From positions 1 through 64,000 of the forward strand of contig CAWBOC010000001.1 of the NCBI GenBank assembly GCA_963790305.1: a DNA stretch of 64,000 nt. The letters run 5' to 3'. Below, one piece after another: positions 1 through 9,082 of the stretch. The DNA comes from an uncultured Gemmatimonadaceae bacterium (GTDB lineage Bacteria; Gemmatimonadota; Gemmatimonadetes; Gemmatimonadales; Gemmatimonadaceae). The position numbers were made by a program, and so were the translations under genes. Every line of letters begins with the position of its first letter. Positions within the stretch are counted from its first letter, which is position 1. The notes beneath the pieces are model-generated. The model did no database searches. It had not been told where the DNA came from and saw only the letters and a list, made by a program, of their open reading frames with translations.

Positions 1-133
1 TCGAAATGGTCGACGCGGACATGCGGTGTGAATCGTGAGGCGTCCGTTTGGAAACGCGCAAAGGACGCGGGACCACCCGCACGCCGCGCGTGACGAGCCG
101 CACCGTGCAGAAGACGCGTCCTCAGCGCGCGAC

Positions 134-670
134 CTAGGCGCTGCGTTCCTGCGCCACGCCGGGACTCCAGCTGTCCCGCCGCGAGGCCGGGTGTCGCGCC
201 GCGGGGATCATGCGCAACTGCCGCGCGGCATTGTCGGCCAACGCCTCCCGCAGGTCATCGGCCAGCCGGGCGATCCGACGCTCGGCCGTCACGATGTCTC
301 TGGGAAGCGCGGCGGACACACCGGTCAGGGCAGAAGCGGCCAATGCTGCCCGCTGCTCCCAGTCGCCGAGCTCACCATGCGCGTCGCGAAGTCGTAGCTC
401 CAGCTCCGCGGCACGACGAGCGAGCTCCTCCGAGCGCGCCGTCAACGCACGCCGCCACCTCTCGACACTCCACGAAACCGCTAGCGCGAGCGCCGGCGCC
501 ACCAACGTCAAAACCGCGAACCGACCAGGCGTATCGATGGGATCCTCCGGGGTCGAGGACGCGCGTGCGTTTGCATCCGCCCGCGTATACAAGAGACACC
601 GCCAAGATCGCGCGTGGACATTGGGGCGGTGTAAGAGTTGTGTACGCTCGTGGTCAGGGTAGAAGGGCAA
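134..670 (-). CDS. Hypothetical protein with one hydrophobic helix followed by a coiled coil; start uncertain
   Basis: ORF has FAVLTLVAPALALAVSWSV then heptad-like SEELARRAAELELRLRDA; no family recognised. Confidence 0.45.
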   Translation of the reverse strand: MPFYPDHERTQLLHRPNVHARSWRCLLYTRADANARASSTPEDPIDTPGRFAVLTLVAPALALAVSWSVERWRRALTARSEELARRAAELELRLRDAHGELGDWEQRAALAASALTGVSAALPRDIVTAERRIARLADDLREALADNAARQLRMIPAARHPASRRDSWSPGVAQERSA

Positions 671-792
671 AGACGTCAGACGTCAGAATTCAGATTTCAG
701 ACTTCAGAAACGACTACGGAGAGCCAGTACCGGCTCCCCGCAGGTTTTGTCTGAACTCTGAATTCTGTATCCTGACGTCTGACGTCCTTGCC
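666..792. repeat. 7-nt-periodic inverted-repeat element, family A copy 1
   Basis: GGCAAAGACGTCAGACGTCAGAATTCAGATTTCAGACTTCAGA ... TCTGAACTCTGAATTCTGTATCCTGACGTCTGACGTCCTTGCC. Confidence 0.9.
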
Positions 793-798
793 GTCCGC

Positions 799-1287
799 CT
801 ATCTCCTTCGCCCTCGCCGCTTCCTCCGCTTCGGCAGCAAAATCGTTCCCCGACACCGAGTCGCCCCGCAATGGCAGGGGTACTTCTCCTCGTCCGCCGC
901 ATTGTCCCCACCCATACGCTCGTACTTGTAGTCGTACGCGAGCTCCTCGCCCTTCCGTATCGTGCGCCGCGCGTCGATCCAGATGCGCCCATCCTCGATA
1001 ATGGCCTCACAGTTCGGGTCGCAGGAATGATTGATGAGTCGCGATTCGTTCCCGCCCGCTCCTCCATCGACGACCGTCCGTTGCGTCAGCGTGAAGAGGT
1101 AGGTGTGATGCCGATGCATGCGCTCGTCGTCGTAGCGCTTGTCGGCCTCGGCGTTGGAGATGCGCTCGCCGGTGTATTCGATGATGCGTTCGCCCTTACG
1201 AATTCGACGCGTCGCAAAGGCACCGCGGCCCTGAATGGCGGAGCGGCGGATCTCGAACGGGTAGGTATTGCGCGGGGGGATGGGCAT
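799..1287 (-). CDS. SET-domain protein with post-SET motif (putative lysine methyltransferase)
   Basis: GRGAFA, EYTGE, RLINHSCDPNC, EELAYDY and CHCGATRCRG motifs; ATG at 1287. Confidence 0.92.
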   Translation of the reverse strand: MPIPPRNTYPFEIRRSAIQGRGAFATRRIRKGERIIEYTGERISNAEADKRYDDERMHRHHTYLFTLTQRTVVDGGAGGNESRLINHSCDPNCEAIIEDGRIWIDARRTIRKGEELAYDYKYERMGGDNAADEEKYPCHCGATRCRGTILLPKRRKRRGRRR

Positions 1288-1297
1288 GGGAGACAAC

Positions 1298-1379
1298 GGC
1301 AGAGACGTCAGATCTCAGAAATTCAAAATTCACATGTCAGAATAACACCCTCTGAATTCTGACATTCTGACGTCTTGCC
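1298..1379. repeat. 7-nt-periodic inverted-repeat element, family A copy 2
   Basis: GGCAGAGACGTCAGATCTCAGAAATTCAAAATTCA ... TCTGAATTCTGACATTCTGACGTCTTGCC; same termini as 666-792. Confidence 0.88.
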
Positions 1380-1381
1380 CT

Positions 1382-2809
1382 TCACTTCCTCTCTATGGGA
1401 AGCCCCGCATCCCGCCACGCGACGAATCCGCCCCTGAGATTCGCAACGCGCTCTACTCCTCTCGCGCGAAGCAGACTGGCCGCAATCGCCGATCGGCCGC
1501 CCGTCTGGCATTGCACGACCACCGGACGGTCTCGCGAAATCTCAGCGACTCGGGTGGCCAGTGTCGCCAACGGCATGTTCGGCGCCCCAGGGAGATGCCC
1601 GGCATCCCATTCGTTTGCGCCCCGAACGTCAATGACCTGCACCTTGCCATCGGACATCGTCCGTGCCAGCTCCTCCGCGGTCAGCTGAGGCACCGCGCCG
1701 AGGGGGTGACCGTCCTGCTCCCAGGCCGACAGTGCATTGACGCCGAAATATCCGGTGATTCGATCCAACCCGATCATTGCCAGATCGCGCGCCGCCTCAT
1801 CCGCACGCTCGGCGACATTGTCATTGATCAGGAGATACAGTGCCTCGTCGTAAGGCAGAATCGACCCCGCCCAGGTCGAGAACGACTTGTTGAGCGGAAT
1901 GTTGAGCGCGCCCGGGATGTGACGGGAGGCAAAAACGTCCGCGGCCCGCGTGTCGACCAGCGTCGCCCCCGACGACGCCACCGCAATCACCTCGGAGGCT
2001 TCCAGCCGCGGGGGCCGCACGATCGCACCAAGCACGCGCGGACCGTGCTTGTTGACGCGCTTCATTTCCGCGAAATACGCCGGGGGTTCCGGCTGCCCCT
2101 CGAGAACCTGACGCACGAACTCGTCTTCGTCAGCGTGGGCGAATGCCCAGTTGAAGCGACGCTCGTAGCCCAGGCTGCTGTGGGGTACCGCGCTAATGCC
2201 CTTCCCGCACGCTGAACCGGAGCCATGCCCGGGCCAGATCTGCAGCCAGTCCGGCAACGCGGAAAAGCGCTTCAGGCTGGCGAAGAGTGCACGCGCGCTG
2301 GCGCGCATCGTCCCCTGCACCTTGGCCGCGCGCTCGAGCAGGTCGGGGCGCCCCACGTCGCCGACGAATACGAAGTCGCCAGTGACCGCGCCCATGGGTT
2401 CGTCCGCCACCGCGCGATCGGTCACGAGGAAGGTGAGATGCTCGGGTGTGTGCCCGGGCGTATGCATCACGGACAGGCGAATGTTGCCCACGTCGATCGT
2501 GTCGCCATCCCGTATGACCCGAGCGCCGTCGGCCTTGGCGAAGTCGTAGCTCCAGTCGGCGCCCCCCTCTCCGGAGAGATGGAGCCGCGCACCGGTCCTG
2601 GAAGCCAGCTCGCGTGAGCCTGAGACGAAATCAGCGTGGATGTGCGTCTCGGTCACGAAGGCTATCCGAACCCCCTCGCCCTCCGCCGCGCGCACATACT
2701 GCTCGGCGTCGCGGTTGGGGTCGATGACGATCGCTTCCCCCGAGCGCCCGCAGGCGATGAGGTAACTCGCCTGCGCCAGCTTGGGATCGTAGAATCTCCT
2801 CAGGAGCAT
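1382..2809 (-). CDS. MBL-fold hydrolase fused to two rhodanese domains (CstB-like persulfide dioxygenase-sulfurtransferase)
   Basis: ETHIHADF, HTPGHTPEH, GDVGRPDL, WPGHGSGSACGK; C-terminal rhodanese QCQTGGRS. Confidence 0.9.
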   Translation of the reverse strand: MLLRRFYDPKLAQASYLIACGRSGEAIVIDPNRDAEQYVRAAEGEGVRIAFVTETHIHADFVSGSRELASRTGARLHLSGEGGADWSYDFAKADGARVIRDGDTIDVGNIRLSVMHTPGHTPEHLTFLVTDRAVADEPMGAVTGDFVFVGDVGRPDLLERAAKVQGTMRASARALFASLKRFSALPDWLQIWPGHGSGSACGKGISAVPHSSLGYERRFNWAFAHADEDEFVRQVLEGQPEPPAYFAEMKRVNKHGPRVLGAIVRPPRLEASEVIAVASSGATLVDTRAADVFASRHIPGALNIPLNKSFSTWAGSILPYDEALYLLINDNVAERADEAARDLAMIGLDRITGYFGVNALSAWEQDGHPLGAVPQLTAEELARTMSDGKVQVIDVRGANEWDAGHLPGAPNMPLATLATRVAEISRDRPVVVQCQTGGRSAIAASLLRARGVERVANLRGGFVAWRDAGLPIERK

Positions 2810-2832
2810 CGGGTTTGCGTATGGATCGGTAG

Positions 2833-3735
2833 ATGCGTGTCGTACGTTCGATGACCCGCTGGATTATATCTCAGCGAGCAAGTGCGCGTCGCGTTCCCTG
2901 GTGCGCGCCTCACGTTCAGAGGGAGACAGGAGTGATCGCAGGACCTTCCGGGCTCGAAGTGCATGGCGTCGAGTATCTCACGCTGGATGATGCGAGAGCG
3001 GGCGCGTTCACGGTGCTTCGGCCGCGACGGCGACGCCGCCGGGTGCTTGCGACGGCCGGCGTGCTGCTGGGGTTCGTCGTCCTCTTCTTCGGGGGCGGAT
3101 ATACACTGTGGCAGCGCCATCTCGATCCGGTAGCCGCGCGCGCCACGCTCACCCGGGAGCTATCGACCTACGCGCTCGAGCCCGGCGAAAGGCTGCGGGC
3201 GAGCGCCTTTCTGTACTGGCGGAGTCCGCTCTCCTATTTCCGATCGACGCACGCCGTTCTCGCGGCGACCGACCGGCGGCTGCTGCTGCTTACCCTTACC
3301 CCTCCCGATCCCCTCACGCGCGAGACGGAAACCAGCCTTCCGACCATTCGCGACCTTCCAAAGGATACGACGGTCCGCGCCGACACCGGCCGCGTCATGT
3401 TCGGATTGTCTCGAGGTATCACGCTGCGCACAGAAGACATGCGCGAGCGATGGGCTGCTCGCGACGAGCAGTGGCCCGCGCTTCTAGCGGTGGTCGCAGA
3501 CCTGGTATCCGTTCAGCGGGTGATGCGAGAAGATTCCGACGCGATCGCCCTCGCCCGCCTGGCGGCGCTAGAGCGTGCTCGTCAACCGATATGGCACGTG
3601 GTGCATCGCGGGGAAGCACTGGGCTCTATCGCCACACGATACGGCACGACGCCCGAGCGCCTTCGGCAGCTCAACGCCATGGCAAGCGACCGCATTCGAG
3701 CGGGTGACTCGCTGCTCATCAAGCCAAGAACCTGA
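2833..3735 (+). CDS. Membrane-anchored protein with C-terminal LysM domain; start uncertain
   Basis: TM segment after RRRRRR; C-terminal HVVHRGEALGSIATRYGTTPERLRQLN...IRAGDSLLI. Confidence 0.8.
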   Translation: MRVVRSMTRWIISQRASARRVPWCAPHVQRETGVIAGPSGLEVHGVEYLTLDDARAGAFTVLRPRRRRRRVLATAGVLLGFVVLFFGGGYTLWQRHLDPVAARATLTRELSTYALEPGERLRASAFLYWRSPLSYFRSTHAVLAATDRRLLLLTLTPPDPLTRETETSLPTIRDLPKDTTVRADTGRVMFGLSRGITLRTEDMRERWAARDEQWPALLAVVADLVSVQRVMREDSDAIALARLAALERARQPIWHVVHRGEALGSIATRYGTTPERLRQLNAMASDRIRAGDSLLIKPRT

Positions 3736-3752
3736 GAGCGGCGGACCCGAAA

Positions 3753-4541
3753 TCAGCGCGTGACGACCGGCCCCGCGCCCAGGCGCTCCTGATCGACGTT
3801 CTCCGCCTCCTCCCGCAGGGTCAGGAAGAGCGGCCGCTTGACGCACGCGTCGAATCCGAGATCCCCGCACAGGGCGCGAGCGTGTTGCTCCACGCGTGCG
3901 CGAACCACGTCCGGATACTTGTGACAGTCGGGGGTGTTCGTCCCGCGGACACAGCCGTTATAGCGCAACAGGCCATTCCGCCACGACTCACCGCCGCCCA
4001 TCGGGTCGCGCGCGCGCCGCAGATAATGGCTCAGGATGAAGACGCCATACCGGAGATTGGTCTCGTCATCCCGGAGGTCGGTCCCGAACATCTTTCCGAG
4101 ACTCCGCTTCCAGGCGGGGGCGTGAATCTGCATGAGCCCCACGGCGCCGACGTTCGACCTCGCGCTCGACGCAAGCCCGCGGTTCTCGGTGAGCATGACA
4201 CCCAGCACCAAGGCCGGTGGAACGCGTCTGACGTAGGCTTCACGGACCGCGAACGCCGCAAGCTCATCAGCGCGCTCTTCGTCCACCGCTCCGGTGGCGA
4301 GCAGGTCTTCTGCGAAGGCCTGCTGGTCGGCGCCGAACTGAGCCGTCGCCATCGCTACCGTCGAGCTGTCCTGAATCCAGGGCGCGCGGTCATAGACGCT
4401 GTCCCGCCACGTTTCGGTGAGGAGGCGGTTGATCACCGGTTGCCGGTTGGCGTAGACCGGTCGCACGGTCGTGACGGTTGCGACGATCGTGGCCAGAGAG
4501 CCGGCCGCGAGCGCGATCTGTCGGACGAGCGAACGTGACAT
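3753..4541 (-). CDS. Lytic transglycosylase (SLT domain) protein
   Basis: LVLGVMLTEN, SNVGAVGLMQI, NLRYGVFIL, LLRYNG motifs; SD GGAGAG. Confidence 0.88.
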   Translation of the reverse strand: MSRSLVRQIALAAGSLATIVATVTTVRPVYANRQPVINRLLTETWRDSVYDRAPWIQDSSTVAMATAQFGADQQAFAEDLLATGAVDEERADELAAFAVREAYVRRVPPALVLGVMLTENRGLASSARSNVGAVGLMQIHAPAWKRSLGKMFGTDLRDDETNLRYGVFILSHYLRRARDPMGGGESWRNGLLRYNGCVRGTNTPDCHKYPDVVRARVEQHARALCGDLGFDACVKRPLFLTLREEAENVDQERLGAGPVVTR

Positions 4542-4686
4542 CGCCTCTCCGGTGAGGGGTGATCATGCGAAGAGACCGAGCGCGACGTCGACTTCCTGGG
4601 CGTGGCGGCCGGTCTCTGGGCCCCCGAAAGTTAACCGACCTTGCTCGGAATCTCGATGGGTCTTAGAGGGGGTTAACCCGCAGGCA

Positions 4687-4768
4687 GTCGAGGTGGTCGA
4701 GGTAGTCCAGGTAGTGGAGGGGTGCACTTGAGCACATCGACGACCTTGACCACCTTGACCACCTTGCG
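4687..4768. repeat. 9-nt-periodic inverted-repeat element, family F copy 1
   Basis: GTCGAGGTG-GTCGAGGTA-GTCCAGGTA-GTGGAGGGG ... CACATCGAC-GACCTTGAC-CACCTTGAC-CACCTTGCG. Confidence 0.85.
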
Positions 4769-4769
4769 A

Positions 4770-5636
4770 ATGGCACCTCCAACGACACCGCTCCCAATGT
4801 CCTCCATTCAGCTCCCCGTTCGCCGCGGCTTCGCCGAGACCCTGCGCCGTGATGCGTGGTGGGTGCAGCCCGCGATCGTCCTGGGGATCCTCACCGCTTT
4901 CCTTATCTATGCGACGTGGGCGGCGTTTCAGAACGCGAACTACACCTACGGCCCTTACCTGTCCCCCTTCTACTCTCCCGTGCTCTTTGGCGATCCCGAG
5001 CACGCGTGGCTGGGACCCCGGCCCGGATGGTGGCCCGGCTGGCTCCCGTTTTCCCCCGCCCTGATCATCCTCCCGTTCCCCGCCCTGTTTCGCTTCACCT
5101 GCTATTACTATCGCGGCGCCTACTACAAGGCCTTCTGGGCGGACCCCCCGGCGTGCAGTGTCGGCGAGCCGCGGAAGTCGTACCGGGGTGAGAAAAAGCT
5201 CCCGCTCGTCCTTCAGAACGTCCATCGGTACTTCCTCTACATCGCGCTGATCTTCCTCGGCATCCTCCTCTACGACGTGTACAAGGCGCTCTGGTTCGTC
5301 GATCCGGAGACCGGCGTCCGGGAATTCGGTATCGGCGTCGGCACCCTCGTCCTCGCCCTCAACGTTTTCCTCCTCGGTGGCTACACGTTGGGATGCCATT
5401 CCCTCCGCCACATCGTGGGAGGTCACCTCGACCGGCTCTCGGGCGCGCCGGTCCGCCGGACGGCGTACTCCTGCGTGACCTGCCTCAACGGCCGGCACAT
5501 GCGCTGGGCCTGGATGAGCCTCATCGGCGTGGCCTTCGCCGACATCTACGTTAGGCTCTGCGCCACAGGGGTGTGGACGGACTGGAGGCTACCCATTCGA
5601 TGCCCCAGTACGACACGCTCGAGCACGACGTTCTGA
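4770..5636 (+). CDS. Membrane anchor of mycobacterial Sdh1-type succinate dehydrogenase (Rv0249c-like)
   Basis: YLSPFYSP, FRFTCYYYRGAYYKAFWADPPAC, YTLGCHSLRH motifs; multi-TM; directly upstream of sdhA; start 4770 or 4797. Confidence 0.85.
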   Translation: MAPPTTPLPMSSIQLPVRRGFAETLRRDAWWVQPAIVLGILTAFLIYATWAAFQNANYTYGPYLSPFYSPVLFGDPEHAWLGPRPGWWPGWLPFSPALIILPFPALFRFTCYYYRGAYYKAFWADPPACSVGEPRKSYRGEKKLPLVLQNVHRYFLYIALIFLGILLYDVYKALWFVDPETGVREFGIGVGTLVLALNVFLLGGYTLGCHSLRHIVGGHLDRLSGAPVRRTAYSCVTCLNGRHMRWAWMSLIGVAFADIYVRLCATGVWTDWRLPIRCPSTTRSSTTF

Positions 5637-7417
5637 TCATCGGTGCGGGCGGCGCGGGACTGCGCGCTGCCATCGAAGCCGCGAGCACCGGCGCCCGAGT
5701 CGGCGTCGTGTGCAAGTCGCTCCTCGGAAAGGCACACACCGTCATGGCGGAAGGTGGAGTCGCCGCCGCGATGGCGAACGTCGACGACCGCGACAGCTGG
5801 CGGGTGCACTTCGCCGACACGATGCGCGGCGGGCAATACCTCAACAATTGGCGCATGGCGGAGCTGCACGCGAAGGAGGCTCCTGCGCGCGTTCGCGAGC
5901 TCGAGGCGTGGGGAGCACTGTTCGATCGGACCCCCGACGGCCGAATCCTCCAGCGCAACTTCGGGGGCCATCGATATCCGCGCCTCGCCCACGTCGGCGA
6001 CCGCACCGGGCTCGAGATGATCCGCACCCTCCAGGATCACGGCATTCACCGCGGCCTCGACGTCTTCATGGAGTGCACGGTCGTTCGCCTGCTCAAGGAC
6101 GGCGACCGGGTCGCCGGCGCGTTAGGCTACGACCGCGAGCGCGGTCGCTTTCGGGTGTGGCGCGCCAGGGCGGTGGTACTGGCGACCGGCGGCATTGGGA
6201 AAGCCTTCCGCATAACGAGCAACAGCTGGGAGTACACGGGCGACGGGCATGCCCTCGCATATGACGCCGGGGCCGAGCTCGTCGACATGGAATTCGTGCA
6301 GTTCCACCCGACTGGAATGGTGTGGCCGCCGAGCGTGCGCGGAATCCTGGTCACGGAGGGGGTGCGCGGCGAAGGCGGCGTGCTGCTCAATCGCGAAGGG
6401 CGACGCTTCATGTTCGACGATATTCCGGAGAACTACCGGGCACAGACGGCGGACAACGAGGAGGAAGGCTGGCGATACGTGCAGGGGGACAAGGCGGCGC
6501 GCCGTCCTCCGGAGCTCCTCACTCGCGATCACGTCGCACGCTCGATCGTGCGCGAGGTCCGCGAAGGGCGTGGCTCACCGCACGGCGGTGTCTTTCTCGA
6601 CATCGCGTGGATCAAGCGCCGGCTGCCGAACGCGCCGGAGCACATTCGCAAGAAGCTTCCGAGCATGTACCACCAGTTCAAGGAGCTGGCCGACATCGAC
6701 ATCACGGCGCAGCCGATGGAGGTCGGCCCGACCACGCACTACATGATGGGAGGCGTGCGGGTCGACGGAGACTCCCAGATGTCGAGCGTGCCCGGCCTCT
6801 TCGCCGCCGGCGAGGTGGCGGCGGGGTTGCACGGCGCGAATCGACTCGGCGGGAACTCGCTCTCCGACTTGCTCGTCTTCGGCAAGCGCGCCGGTGAGTA
6901 CGCCGCGCGATTCGCGAAGGAGAATCCCGGATCCCGGGTGAATGAGGCCGACGCCGACGCCGGCGTGCGGGAGGCACTGGCGCCCTTCGACCGTCCATCG
7001 AATGGGGCGAAGGGGTCCTACCAGATTCAGTATGAGCTGCAGGACGTCATGCAGGACTACGTTGGCATCGTGCGCAACGAAGCCGACATGAAACGCGCCC
7101 TGGGGCGCATCGAGCAGCTCGTGGGAGAGGCGTCGCACGTCGCCGTCAGCGGCCACCGCGAGTACAATCCGGGATGGCACACAGCGCTCGATCTTCGCTG
7201 CATGCTCATCGTCTCCGAAGCCGTCACGCGCGCGGCACTCGATCGCAAGGAGAGCCGCGGCGCTCAGTTTCGCGAAGACTATCCGGACAAGGATGCCGAG
7301 TACTCACGCTTCAACATCGTCGTGAGGAAAGGGGGCGACGGACGCATGGAGCTGTCGCGGCGTCCCATCCCCGCACTTCCCGCTGAGCTCGCGGCCGTCA
7401 TCGAGGAGATGAAGTAA
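5600..7417 (+). CDS. sdhA: Succinate dehydrogenase/fumarate reductase flavoprotein subunit
   Basis: GAGGAG FAD motif, AHTVMAEGG, QFHPTG, HYMMGG, LHGANRLGGNSL, ESRGAQFR; SD GGAGG upstream. Confidence 0.95.
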   Translation: MPQYDTLEHDVLIIGAGGAGLRAAIEAASTGARVGVVCKSLLGKAHTVMAEGGVAAAMANVDDRDSWRVHFADTMRGGQYLNNWRMAELHAKEAPARVRELEAWGALFDRTPDGRILQRNFGGHRYPRLAHVGDRTGLEMIRTLQDHGIHRGLDVFMECTVVRLLKDGDRVAGALGYDRERGRFRVWRARAVVLATGGIGKAFRITSNSWEYTGDGHALAYDAGAELVDMEFVQFHPTGMVWPPSVRGILVTEGVRGEGGVLLNREGRRFMFDDIPENYRAQTADNEEEGWRYVQGDKAARRPPELLTRDHVARSIVREVREGRGSPHGGVFLDIAWIKRRLPNAPEHIRKKLPSMYHQFKELADIDITAQPMEVGPTTHYMMGGVRVDGDSQMSSVPGLFAAGEVAAGLHGANRLGGNSLSDLLVFGKRAGEYAARFAKENPGSRVNEADADAGVREALAPFDRPSNGAKGSYQIQYELQDVMQDYVGIVRNEADMKRALGRIEQLVGEASHVAVSGHREYNPGWHTALDLRCMLIVSEAVTRAALDRKESRGAQFREDYPDKDAEYSRFNIVVRKGGDGRMELSRRPIPALPAELAAVIEEMK

Positions 7418-8247
7418 TGGTGAGCGAAGTACTCAAACCGGACCTCGCCGAGCCTGGGCGTGTGCAGGAGGATGCGCCTCCCGACCATAAGCCCGAGCCA
7501 AGCGGTCGTGCGACCTTCAAGGTCTGGCGTGGCGATGCGACGCGCGGCGAGCTGGTCCCATACACGACCGATGTCAGTGAAGGGATGGTCGTCCTCGATG
7601 CCATCCACCAGATTCAGGCCGAGCAGGCCAACGATCTCGCCGTGCGATGGAACTGCAAGGCGGGAAAGTGCGGGTCCTGCTCAGCGGAAGTGAATGGCAT
7701 GCCGAAGCTCATGTGCATGACGCGGCTGAGCGATCTGGATCTGACGAAGCCGGTCACGGTTGAGCCGATGCGGGCCTTCCCGCCGATGCGCGACCTGGTC
7801 ACCGACGTCTCCTGGAACTTCGAGGTCAAGCGCTCGATCGCGCCGTTCACCCCTCGCCCCCCCGACGCGCCCGATGGCACCTGGCGCATGGCGCAGGCTG
7901 ACGTCGACCGCGTGCAGGAGTTTCGCAAGTGCATCGAGTGCTTTCTGTGCCAGGACGTCTGCCATGTGCTGCGCGATCACCAGCTGCATGGCGAGTTCAT
8001 CGGTCCGCGCTTCCTCGTGTACGCGGCGGCGCTGGAGATGCACCCGCTCGACGTCGCCGATCGCGTTCCCGCCCTCAAGCAGAAGCACGGCATCGGCTAC
8101 TGCAACATCACCAAGTGCTGCACGGCGGCGTGTCCCGAGAACATCACGATCACCGACAACGCGATCATTCCGCTGAAGGAGCGAGTGATCGATGAGTTCT
8201 ATGACCCGATTGGAAAGTTGGTGAAAATCTTTAGTCGGAGGAAATGA
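7417..8247 (+). CDS. sdhB: Succinate dehydrogenase iron-sulfur subunit
   Basis: CKAGKCGSC...C, CIECFLCQDVC, CNITKCCTAACP; TAATG coupling to sdhA. Confidence 0.95.
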   Translation: MVSEVLKPDLAEPGRVQEDAPPDHKPEPSGRATFKVWRGDATRGELVPYTTDVSEGMVVLDAIHQIQAEQANDLAVRWNCKAGKCGSCSAEVNGMPKLMCMTRLSDLDLTKPVTVEPMRAFPPMRDLVTDVSWNFEVKRSIAPFTPRPPDAPDGTWRMAQADVDRVQEFRKCIECFLCQDVCHVLRDHQLHGEFIGPRFLVYAAALEMHPLDVADRVPALKQKHGIGYCNITKCCTAACPENITITDNAIIPLKERVIDEFYDPIGKLVKIFSRRK

Positions 8248-8249
8248 CA

Positions 8250-8343
8250 GAATGCGGAAAGCGGAAGGCGGATTGACTGCAAAAGGGCTACACTAGAAAT
8301 CCGCATTCCGCATTCCGCATTCCGCATTCCGCATTCCGCATTC
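8250..8343. repeat. 7-nt-periodic inverted-repeat element, family B copy 1
   Basis: GAATGCGGAAAGCGGAAGGCGGATT ... AAT(CCGCATT)x6. Confidence 0.9.
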
Positions 8344-8349
8344 GTGTCC

Positions 8350-8853
8350 ATGTTCGAGCTCAAGCCCATCTCCCGCGACGGTGTCCCCGCCGCGCTTCAG
8401 AAAGCCGAGCGCTATCGCCTCCTCGGCGAGCCGACGGCCGCGGAGAGCATCTGCCTCGATGTGCTCGCGGTGGCGCCCGAGAATCAGCAGGCGGCGATCA
8501 CGCTTCTCCTCGCGATCACCGACCAGTTCCCGGAGGCGCCCGCCGAAGGCGAGCGTCGCGCCCGTGAGGTGCTGCCGCGGCTGCGCGATGATTACAAGCG
8601 CGCATACTACGAGGGGATCATCTACGAGCGCCGGGCGAAGGCGCAGCTGCGCCGGGGGGCGCCCGGCGCCGGCGAGATGGCGTACGAATGGTATCGTAAG
8701 GCGATGACGCTGTACGAGCGTGCCGAAGCACTGAGGCCGCCCGGGAACGACGAGGCGATTTTGCGCTGGAATACCTGCGCGCGTATCCTCGAGCGCGCGG
8801 CCGATCACGTGCGCCCACGCGTCGAGCAGGACTACGAGCCGAGTCTCGAGTAG
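8350..8853 (+). CDS. Helical (TPR-like) hypothetical protein downstream of sdhB
   Basis: MFELKPISRDGVPAALQKAERYRLL...AESICLDVL...EAILRWNTCAR; GC3-rich codon usage. Confidence 0.8.
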   Translation: MFELKPISRDGVPAALQKAERYRLLGEPTAAESICLDVLAVAPENQQAAITLLLAITDQFPEAPAEGERRAREVLPRLRDDYKRAYYEGIIYERRAKAQLRRGAPGAGEMAYEWYRKAMTLYERAEALRPPGNDEAILRWNTCARILERAADHVRPRVEQDYEPSLE

Positions 8854-9082
8854 AGAACGCGTAGGGAATCTGTAAGGAGTTGTAACGGTCGCCGCGCTCG
8901 CGGGGTCACTTACCGCAAACGCAATGCTGACTATGATGTGGCTCTTGTCAGCATTAGGTTCACATCACATCGTTCACGCTCCGGATTTCCCCCCGGGCTG
9001 ACCGCCAACATCACAGCGCGATGACAATGCCTTGATGCTGGTTCGCCCCGCATGTCAGCTCACGCCCCAAGGAGGCGTACCC

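Noticed and set aside
1..22. Possible minus-strand gene start at the window edge
   Set aside because: Only seven codons are visible, so it cannot be supported
343..1362. 339-aa plus-strand ORF and similar long antisense ORFs throughout
   Set aside because: Expected in high-GC DNA; they lie opposite genes with clear family motifs and lack motifs themselves
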